Below, piece by piece: positions 13,072 through 22,624 of a DNA stretch of 53,803 nt (position 1 is its first letter; each line of letters opens with the position of its first letter). The DNA comes from Catajapyx aquilonaris (taxonomy: Eukaryota). The stretch lies in assembly GCA_000934665.2 (NCBI GenBank), contig JYFJ02002620.1, forward strand, positions 1-53,803, written 5' to 3'. The position numbers were made by a program, and so were the translations under genes. The notes under the pieces are model-generated. The model saw nothing but the letters and a program-made list of their open reading frames with translations. It did no database searches and was not told where the DNA came from.

Positions 13072-13416
13072 TTAAAGCAACCAGTTAACTGGTTCCTTTC
13101 ATCCTGACGCGTGGCTGCCCGCTCGACGCGAGGGACAATTCTTTTTGGACTGATGGTACCCATGTCCGGAAATACCCCCGTACGGGACGGGGGTACGGCC
13201 GTTTCCACCTTTAGTATGTGTGACGTGCCCGTTAACTGTGCCCGTGCCTGTTAACTACTGTTAACTGTTAACTGTGCCTGTTAACTGTGACGTTGCCCGT
13301 TTAACTGTGTCTCCTTTGTTGGGTGAGTGGAACAAGGGGTCTGGGGCTAGGCCTAGTGTGTGTCTGGGTCTGGTCCCATGTGTCGTGCCCTCTTTAGCCG
13401 GGCGGGCACGTCACAT

Positions 13417-13491
13417 TGGCGCCCAACGTGGGGCGCGAACCCACGACCCTGAGATTAAGAGTCTCATGCTCTACCGACTGAGCTAGCCGGG
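13417..13491 (-). tRNA. tRNA-Lys(CTT) retrocopy (positions 2-76 including CCA), probably a pseudogene
   Basis: Minus strand CCCGGCTAGCTCAGTCGGTAGAGCATGAGACTCTTAATCTCAGGGTCGTGGGTTCGCGCCCCACGTTGGGCGCCA matches canonical animal tRNA-Lys(CTT) except A58>C (13435) and missing G1. Anticodon at 13457-13459. Confidence 0.95.
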
Positions 13492-13641
13492 TACTGAGCG
13501 TGTGTGATTAAATACAGTTTATACAGGAACTGTGTCTCCTTTGTTGGGTGAGTGGAACAAGGGGTCTGGGGCTAGGCCTAGTGTGTGTCTGGGTCTGGTC
13601 CCATGTGTCGTGCCCTCTTTAGCCGGGCGGGCACGTCACAT

Positions 13642-13661
13642 TGGCGCCCTTAACGTGGGTC
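13642..13661 (+). promoter_or_regulatory. Imperfect tRNA-Lys primer-binding site
   Basis: TGGCGCCC-TT-AACGTGGGTC, one base after the LTR end; 2-nt insertion and 1 mismatch versus the tRNA 3' end. Confidence 0.85.
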
Positions 13662-15416
13662 TATTACCTCGGGGTTTTTTTAAGCCCGTGGTGTAGCATT
13701 TGCACGGACCCGGGGCGAACAGTTCAGACTGTTGCCCGTGGCTTGGGTGGAGTCCACCGATTTGGTTAATCGAGGGACTCGCGCTGTGGTACGGCGCCAC
13801 CCAGCGGTGCAAGGGTACCGCCAGTTCATCACTGGAGGTACCGGGGTGCGCCCCGCCTCGGTGGAGGTGTGGTGTGCGCCCCAGGGGCCAGCCCTCAGGT
13901 GGGCGGGTGAGCGAGTCGCCCCCGGGAGCGGCCAGGGGGCTGTGGGGGTGGACGAGTCACCGCCCACTGCCTTTGAGGAGAAGGCGAAGGCTGGCTTGGT
14001 TGTTTTGGGTGACTTGTTGCGTCATCCAGGCACACCCAGGAAGGTGCAAACGTCCATTTCATTAGTGGTTTTGACCTTCCTGAACTCCATGTCATTTTTC
14101 TGTAAATGAGATGCAGTGCGTTAAATCCCTCCTTCCGGCCTTTTTGTGAGACAAAAGAGAGTCTGATGGCCATGTTGAGACATGGCGAAGGTAGTCGATG
14201 TTTTGCTCGCCTGGTTTTTCTGGTTGCCAGGCGGGGTTAGGGCGTCGACATGTGGGGTGATGAGGTCGACTGGTGCGATCGAGTAGTTCCTCCTGGTGCC
14301 AGTTTTGGGTAAACCGATACTGGCGGCTTTTATGAAAGCCGTGGAACTCGGGCTTCTGCGTTTCAGGACAACGTAAGAAGCGGAGGGCGGCATGTTTTGA
14401 GGTCGGCATGCCCTTCCTCCCTTTTCGGGTGTTTTGCCTGTTTTGGCGCCCTTTAGTTTTGCTGTCATGGGGGTGACTCCTATTGCTTGAATAGGGGCTC
14501 GGCCACTATGGAGTTGCTGGCAATGGACTTGTTTGTTGTGCATTGTTAGCAGCTCAGAGGTGCTTGCCTTGGGTTGTTTCTTTTGTGGATTTTTTTTTTC
14601 GATAATTGATTTGGTATGGCATACTTTTGTTGGTGTAGTGTGCAACAATGGTGGCAACGTTTTTTTTCTTTGAGTTTTTTTTGTGAGTGAGCCCATTGTA
14701 AGACCTCGTGACCAGCAGTGTGTATACAGAAACTTTGTGAACTTTTTGAACCTTTTGAACTTTTTGAACTTTTTGAACCCACGTGTGAGGTGTTTTTGTG
14801 GCGGCGGGTTTACCCATCCTTTTCCTCCCAATTTCCCCTCCCATTCCCAAGTTAATCCGTTTGGCCCTGTGTTGGAGCTGGCAAGTGGTCGACTTCTGCG
14901 ACTCGCAGGTGTATGAGTTTGGACAGTTCGTGGCGACACTGGGGCTGGTGACCTCGTCGCATGCTTGGCGGTCATGGTCGGGCCAGCATGCGGGTGCAGG
15001 GGCGCCCGTTGGCTGCGAGTACACCGGCGATGGACTGTTGGTGTGCTGCGTGGAGGTGCCTGACATGTTACCGGTCAGGATGGACGTTGGTCGCCGCCGG
15101 TGGAGGTTCTGTCTGGACTCTGACCTGTCTCTGAAACAGATGTTGTGGGTGGTGGCGGCCCAGCAGGGGGACCCAGGCTGTCCGGCGGTGGACATCAGAA
15201 GTTACTGCTGACCAGCTGTGCTTCCTGGACTTACAAGCCGTTTTCTGCATTTGGGCCTACGACCTTTTTCTCCCTTCACCCCCCCCCCCCGCCACATTAC
15301 ATTGGTTGAATGTTAAAGTGAATTTTGTGTTGTTTTTTATGATGTCTTAATTTCTGCGGGTTTTGATGGAATTTTGAGTTTGTACGTCTCCGACTTTTTC
15401 TTTGTGAGGGGGGCAC

Positions 15417-15770
15417 TGTGGCGGCTTGAACAGCCGCACAGAGGGCAGCACCTTACTGAGGGTTGTGAGGATGAGGTGGGAGGCAGGGTAGGAGGAGCCG
15501 GGGAGATGGAGATGGGCCAGGGTAGAGGGTGGACGTGTTTTGGGTAGTCTCCCTCCTGTGCACTCGGCTGGGGGGGCCTTTGGGCCCCGTGGGTATACGT
15601 GAGTTGATGTGTATGACTGTGTACTGAGCGTGTGTGATTAAATACAGTTTATACAGGAACTGTGTCTCCTTTGTTGGGTGAGTGGAACAAGGGGTCTGGG
15701 GCTAGGCCTAGTGTGTGTCTGGGTCTGGTCCCATGTGTCGTGCCCTCTTTAGCCGGGCGGGCACGTCACA
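15417..15770 (+). repeat. Putative complete 3' LTR (U3-R-U5)
   Basis: Begins TGTGGCG after a purine tract and ends CGTCACA. TATA-like at 15594, ATTAAA at 15637-15642. The left boundary is inferred because no second U3 copy exists. Confidence 0.65.
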
Positions 15771-16107
15771 TATGTTGCGCCTGGTGGGTAGGCCACCCAC
15801 CGTACTCGAAGCTTGCGTTCATCAGGTGTGTCGCGTATGGAGGAGACGAAGGTGAAAACAATACAGTATAATTATTGCGAGTGTCAAGTGCAAAACACGC
15901 GACACACCTGATGAACGCAAGCTTCGAGTACGATGGGTTGCCTACCAACCAGGTGCAACAGACCAAAGGTGGAAACGGCCGCGGCCGTACCCCCGTACAG
16001 GGGCATTTACGGACATGGGTAGCCTACCTATAAGCTCAAAATACTTGCATATGGGGCCTCTACCCACCCTGTGATTTTTGCCACTACCACCCTGTATTTG
16101 ATTAATA

Positions 16108-16187
16108 GGGGAGACTTAGTGGCGCTGTGGTAACGTAGTACGCGCCCACGGATGTTAAGGTCCCGGGTTCGATCCCAGTCCGGACAC
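16108..16187 (+). mobile_element. SINE family B head only
   Basis: TGGCGCTGTGGTAACG...GCGCCCACGGATGTTAAGGTCCCGGGTTCGATCCC as at 2380 and 2756. Confidence 0.75.
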
Positions 16188-17580
16188 ATCAGTTGGAGGT
16201 CCATAACGTTGAACTATTGCAACATATACGAAATATGATTATTGCGTTGGGAAGATATTTTAACACCCTTTCAGGTGGTGGGAATCATGTTCGTAAAAAA
16301 AATCAAAATTTCGAATTAAAGATGGCGCCCAAAATTTGATTCGGATTTTCCTCAATTCTGGACATTTTAAAATAATTTCGAATTGCGCTATAAATATGAA
16401 GCCCGAAACGTTTTCTTGAGAATTACGCAAAATTTGGATGGACGATATTGGGTATTAGCCAAATATAATAACATTTTGTGCGCCAAATGCGCCCTGTAAT
16501 GTAGTCACCTCAATTTGCACCAAAATTTTCCCGAAATGGTTGCTTTAAAATTTCAGAGATAAACAGGATTCAGTTGAAAGTGGCCCCCATTTTTAAGCGC
16601 TTTGAGGAAGTAGCAAGGTTCAGAATTTTTATTGTCGTGTGCGGATGCCCAAATGAATTTTGACGTGGCTGAATCATGAATTACATAATTGTCGATATAG
16701 GAAAATGTTTGAAACTGACATTAAAACCATTAGCCTATAACAACTTCATAAATATTTTCGATCCGATTTTTAAAAAAAATTTCTAACTTTTACGTCCTGT
16801 CCAGAAGCTATATTGGAATCTTAGTGTTTTAATGAGGTAGGTAATGGGTTGCAAAGGTAATGAGCTACACAGTTTCTGTTGCGTAAACTTGTAAAAGTAG
16901 AAGCAGAGCCAAAGTTAGGCATGGGATGCGGGTGGGGGGAGGGGGGTGGAGTATGGCGAAAAGGTGATACCCGTGGGGTTTTCTGGCGACTATCGGAGCT
17001 AACCCGATAAAGCCCCCGCCGCGGCGGCATCATGCTGAAAGGCCAGCCCATTTCCAGCAGGGTTTCCAGGCTCCATTTCTATGCTCATCAGTGCGGCCCA
17101 GACCATTTTGACGTGGCACGCTTTAAGTGTTTTTGGCGGAGCTGGCAAGAGGCTTAGTGGCAACTCCCTTTGCTTGTCCACTAGGTGCCGGAAATGGACG
17201 CTGCAGCAAAAACGTCAGCCACCGGAAATCACGGCTGTTGCCTGTATAGCCTACATTGTGCTGGGATGGCTGCGGGAGGACTTGTTTGCGATGCCTGCCC
17301 AGAACAGCTCCTATCTCCATTAGGACGCATTCACACTACTTTTGCCTTCCTCTGCACTCACCGGCCCCCGCCACTACTTCCACACTAGTATTCCACCACG
17401 GTTCCTTCACATTAAACGCAGAGGATCTCAAATATCTTCTGCGAGACGGGTCTAACCAATTTTCCAATATAATATATTTATATGTAAGTTGTTGTATCCA
17501 AAATAATGGCATTAATCTAATATGAAGTAGGTTTATAATATTTGGCTCTCTTCTCATATTGGTCATGACAGAATAATAGT

Positions 17581-18289
17581 AATAGGTGTGGTCAAATGAA
17601 ACATAAAGTTAGGCAATATCTGAGGAGCTATTTGTCTCAGCTGAGTGCTAGTGGTTTCTGAGTAGGCACTTGCATGACTAATTTTCATGCAGAGTAGTTA
17701 GTAGTCAGTCTGCATGTAGCGGGCAGGAGAGCATTTTTATGCAAGTGTGCCACGGCTATGGATTCGTCCAAAAGTGAACAACTCGTCATCATCTTTTTTC
17801 CTCATCAAAGAAGGAACTGCACCAGTGGACATTGTCCATTGGATGCAGAAGGTCCATGGGAATGTCTGTTTCAACCACAAGACTCTTCAAAACGTGTATG
17901 GAATTTTTGTCAATACGTGCGTGCATGGAGGACCTTTCGAGAGGACATTTCCTTAGTGGTTTTCTGCACCAATCTGTCCACCAAGCTGTTGTGGCTGAAG
18001 CAGACTTTCCCACATGCTCTTGGCATCCAATGGACAATGTCCACTGGTGCAGTTCCTTCTTTGATGAGGAAAAAAGATGATGGCGAGTTGTTCACTTTTG
18101 GACGAATCCATAGCCGTGGGACACTTGCATAAAATGTTCTCCTTCCCACTACATGCATACTGATTACTAACTACTCTGCATAAGAATTAGCCATGCAAGT
18201 GCCTACTCAGAGATACCACTAGCACTCGGCTGAGACAAATATCTCCTGAGATATTGCCTCACTTTATGTTTCATTTGAACAAGCCATAA
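17581..18289. mobile_element. Foldback made of two inverted mariner 5' ends
   Basis: About 290-bp arms. Each encodes a degenerate mariner N-terminal HTH (MDSSKSEQL.IIFF/LIKEGTAPVDIVHWMQKVHG). Confidence 0.85.
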
Positions 18290-18559
18290 TAAGATGTTTC
18301 ACTAGGTAGTCCCCCCTAAGATCCAACTATATTTTTCTTTCCGCTCTACCTAGAAACGTAATGTTTGGTATAACACTTACCTTAGTTCATGGGAATGTAG
18401 AACCATTCAAAATATAAGCCGTAATTGACATTCGCCGACCTCTATACGCACTCGAACGCTACTCGACGCGAATCTCCTTGTTATTGCAGCATATCAACAT
18501 TAACAGTCCCCATTGGTGCACTGATGTTGCTTTCCCAGTCTCCTCACATTGAGGTTTAT

Positions 18560-18770
18560 TGCATTGTAAGTACAACTTTTCAAATAGCCCATTTGCGGCT
18601 CTTTGGCAGATGGAAACAGAATAGCAAGTTTGTTGTGACAAACGTCGTAGTGGCTTTTTTGGTGATTCCAGCAGACTGTGCTCAACTTCTTCAATTTTTT
18701 ATTCCTCTAAAGGAGGTCATTTGCCACTGCATTGGTCTGAAACACTCAGTGCAGAAATCCGGACTGTTAA
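18560..18770 (-). pseudogene. Tc1/mariner-superfamily transposase HTH fragment
   Basis: Minus strand SGK*PPLEE*KIEEVEHSLLESPKKPLRRLSQQTCYS resembles the SGRP...SP.KS.RRLS motif; contains stops. Confidence 0.65.
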
Positions 18771-18952
18771 CGTCGATATGCTGAGAAATGATAATATAGA
18801 GATTCGCTGTCTAATTGCGTTCGAGTGAGTATAAAGATCGCTGGAGGTTGATTACAGAATTTTTTTTGAAGGGTCCTATATTCCCATAACATAACGTACA
18901 TTTTAATCCAAACATCATCTTTCTAGGTTGAGTGGGAAGAAAATATACAGCT

Positions 18953-21647
18953 GGGTGGTTCCATTTCAGATCAGCCAGTGAGTGAAAAAAGGTGTCAGGT
19001 CATAGTCATCGATTTTTTTGAAAAATATATATGTGAAACCCACATCGAATTGAACTCTTATGGAACAATCAGTTTTACCAGATTAAATTTAGTTATCGAG
19101 TTATTAATATTTCTTTGAAGGGGTACCAAAATCACAATCACGCGAATACGCACTTTTTCCCGCTTTTTCCATTTCTTTCAATGAGTATATCTCGGGAACT
19201 GTTCTGAGAACCAACATGAAATTTTGGAATTTTGGAATTTTGGAATAACACGCTGTTATGTAATGCATAAATTTACCTTATTTAATGGTACAGTCACCTG
19301 CAAAAAAATCTCCAACATTGCATATTTTGGTCAAAATTCGCATATTTCGCAATTTATTACGGCGTTATGGTAAACGTGACGGTTATGCCGATTATATTTT
19401 GTGATATACTCGGTGACCCCTTCCAGGCTATGAAATAAAACCTTCGTTAGCTCCGCGTGTAGTTGAGATATGCGAGGTGAAAATATGGCTACAAGCGAAA
19501 ACGTGCATATTTCAAAAGTTATTTTCTCAAAAAAGCCATTTTAATATTTTTATTTTATTTTTTATTTTACAAGGAAAGGCATGGTATAAAATTACCTGGT
19601 GTCAAAACCCCGTATATGTTTTTTATACGTGAGATACAAATTTTTGAAAAGTCACAACTTTTGTAATTGTGCTACAAAATGCACAATTCAAATAAATATT
19701 TTCTCAAAGAAGCCATTTTAAATATTTTATTTTTATTTTTTATTTTATAAGGTCGGACATGTTATCAAATTAAGTAGTGTCAAAACCCGGTATATATTTC
19801 TTATACGTGAGATATAAATTTTTGTAAAGTAACAACATTCGAAATTGTGCTACAATATGCACAGTTAAAATAAACATTTTCTCGAAGAAGCCATTTTGAA
19901 AATTTGATCGTTATTTTTTGTATAACAAAGTAGCATGAGTTCGATTATAAAATTATATCAAAATTCGGTATATATTTGTATTAAGTGAGACACGAATTTT
20001 TTACAGTGATGATTTTTGTTTCTATGCAACAACATGCACATTTCAAAAATTAATATATGGAAAACGCCATTTTAAATATGCAATATTCTTTTATATTTCA
20101 TAAAGAAAAGACCGGTTCTGTCATAAAATAATATAAAAACCTGGTATAGATTATTGATGATACAAATTTATGGAAAGTGGAAGCATACCGGAAGCAAAAA
20201 AAAAAAGATGAATGGGCAGCCATTCCAGCAGCGAAAGGGATTCAAAGTTGCCATCATTGGTTCGCGGACAATGGATGTACAATAATGACACGGACATATA
20301 CTTCTCCTGACAAGAGCGAGGAAGTGACTGCTACCACTCCTGCTGCTACTTAAGTACTGTCAAGTAAGTTCCCTACTACAATGAAATTCACACCAAAAGT
20401 TAGACTATATCAGTTCGCGCATATTAATATGCGAACAACTGTACCCAAGTCTATGAGATAGGATACGGAGTGTTGCAACTGACGAAATATAAATAAATTT
20501 CACTATTGCTATAATACATTATGAGTTTATAACTTTAGAAGTGACTGCAAGGGTGTTGAAAGACACTAAACGAAAGCAAAAATACCGGTACCGGTACCAC
20601 TTTTCATAAATTTGTACCATCAAGAATCTATACCAGGTTTTTATATTATTGTATGACAGAACTGATCTTTCCTTTATGAAATATAAAAGAATATTGCATA
20701 TTAAAAATTGCGTTTTCCATATATTAATTTTTGAAATGTGCATTTTGTAGCACAATTTTGAATGTTGTTACTTTACAAAAATTTATATCTCACGTATAAG
20801 AAATATATACCGGGTTTTGACACTACTTAATTGATAACATGTCCGACCTTATAAAATAAAAAATAAAAATAAAAAATATTTAAAATGGCTTCTTTGAAAA
20901 AATATTTATTTGAATTGTGCATTTTGTAGCACAATTACAAAAGTTGTGACTTTTCAAAAATTTGTATCTCACGTATAAAAAACATATACGGGGTTTTGAC
21001 ACCAGGTAATTTTATACCATGCCTTTCCTTGTAAAATAAAAAATAAAATAAAAATATTAAAAATGGCTTTTTTGAGAAAATAACTTTTGAAATATGCATG
21101 TTTTCACTTGTTGCCATATTTTCACCTCGCATATCTCAACTACACGCGGAGCTAACGAAGGTTTTATTTCATAGCCTGGAAGGGGTCACCGAGTATATCA
21201 CAAAATATAATCGGCATAACCGTCACGTTTACCATAACGCCGTAATAAATTGCGAAATATGCGAATTTTGACCAAAATATGCAATGTTGGAGATTTTTTT
21301 GCAGGTGACTGTACCATTAAATAAGGTAAATTTATGCATTAAATAACAGCGTGTTATTCCAAAAGCATGAGTTAAAAATTTCATGTTGGTTCTCAGAACA
21401 GTTCCCGAGATATCCTCATTGAAAGCAATGGAAAAAGCAGGAAAAAGTGCGTCTTCGCGTGATTGTGATTTTGGTACCTCTTCAAAGAAATATTAATAAC
21501 TCGATAACTAAATTTAATATGGTAAAACTGATTGTTCCATAAGAGTTCAATTAGATGTGGGTTTCACATATATATTTTTCAAAAAAATCGATGATTATGA
21601 CCTGACACCTTTTTTCACTCACTGGCTGATCCGAAATGGAACCACCC
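18953..21647. mobile_element. 2.7-kb palindromic DNA transposon, Sola2-like
   Basis: GGGTGGTTCCATTTC...GAAATGGAACCACCC, flanked by AGCT. More than 1-kb near-identical arms with ~180-bp internal repeats. The centre encodes DEWAAIPAAKGIQSCHHWF. Confidence 0.85.
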
Positions 21648-21808
21648 AGCTGGTTCTTTGGGGGGGGGGGGGGGNGGGGGGGGGGACTACCTATAGGGAA
21701 ACACCCGGTATAATGGATGAGCTGACTGTGATGTAGCAAAAGCAGAGTAAAATTTCAACTAATTTCTTCTACCACATTGATTTCAGAAAATTTTTCAGTC
21801 TATAGGTA

Positions 21809-22624
21809 CTATCGGGTTCAAATACTTTTGGCCACTATATCCTGGTCTTGAAGCTACCCTTCACACACACACATATGCACAGTCTCTGGGATCAATAAGC
21901 TGTGGGGACGTGAAAAAGACAACTCTTCAAAGCTAGTGTAAACTGACCTAACCCAACCTAACCTAACCTAACCTACCCTACCCTACCCTACCCTACCCTA
22001 CCCTACTTATAACCTAGGCTGAGAAAACTGAACTTTTCTTAAACCCTGCAACTGGATATAGTGGGGACTTGTCCCCACTACTGCAAAAGCAAACCCGCAA
22101 TTTTCTTGCGGGGACAGTAAATGTCCCCGCAAGTGGGAAAACTGTCCCCAAAGATCAGTGAACGTCCCCACAGTTACAGTAAAAACAACTACTTCCTGTC
22201 CCACAGCTTATTGAAGACAGGTACACACCCACCCACACACACCCAATCAGGGATCCAATAGGCTGTGGGGGCAAGAAAAACACACATTTTCGAAGCGAGT
22301 GTAAACTGATCTAACCTAACCTAACCATACCTAACCTACCCTAACCTAACCTACCCATCCTAGACCGAGAAAAATTGACTTTTGTAAAACCCTACATAAC
22401 GGAATTGTGGGGACATGTCCCCACTGAAGTATCCCACCAGGCGTTTTTTCTGTGGGGACGCGAAATGTCCCCACAATTTGGAGCATGTCCCCAGAGCTAC
22501 GGTCAAAACACCAACCTTGGTCCCCAGACCCTATGCAAGACCTGAACACCTCCTTAACGTGGGGTCTGTGCGAAGGGTTGCTTCATGACCAGGATAAAGT
22601 GGCCAAAAGTATTTGAACCCACTG
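21809..22624. mobile_element. Tc1-like MITE containing two (CCTAA)n-bearing units
   Basis: TIR GGGTTCAAATACTTTTGGCCACT with TA flanks. Internal units at about 21887-22220 and 22249-22545. Confidence 0.8.

Larger units (their letters stand above)
13219..15770 (+). mobile_element. Non-autonomous LTR retroelement (Ty3/Gypsy-type signals, tRNA-Lys PBS) with aberrant 5' end
   Basis: TG...CA ends, 4-bp TSD TATG (13215-13218 and 15771-15774), three identical 110-bp LTR-end copies (13306-13415, 13531-13640, 15661-15770), PBS at 13642, PPT-like GAGGGGGG before 15417. No recognisable gag/pol. Confidence 0.9.
13159..16019. mobile_element. Palindromic TA-flanked MITE split by the LTR element
   Basis: TA-CCCATGTCCG...CGGACATGGG-TA. 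Joining 13159-13218 to 15775-15837 gives the reverse complement of about 15897-16019. Confidence 0.85.
12425..16094. mobile_element. Palindromic mariner-type MITE hosting three nested insertions
   Basis: Left arm 12435-12546 is the reverse complement of 13103-13158 joined to 16022-16083. Right end is CACCCTG-TA; the left tip is degenerate. Confidence 0.8.
18290..21708. mobile_element. Tc1/mariner-superfamily deletion derivative interrupted by the 2.7-kb palindrome
   Basis: Left AAGATGTTTCACTAGGTAGTCCCCCC pairs with right GGGGGACTACCTATAGGGAAACACCCGG-TA. A short relative lies at 43289-43385. Confidence 0.7.

Noticed and set aside
13219..13305. CRISPR-like short repeat array
   Set aside because: Eukaryotic context, irregular units and no unique spacers.
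13417..13491. Functional tRNA-Lys gene
   Set aside because: Encoded CCA, lost G1, altered B-box (A58>C) and position exactly at the PBS indicate a reverse-transcribed copy.
21660..21685. G-quadruplex-like poly-G
   Set aside because: Homopolymer containing an N; its length is unreliable and it belongs to a MITE end.
21947..22006. True telomere
   Set aside because: Short, degenerate and internal to a TIR element.
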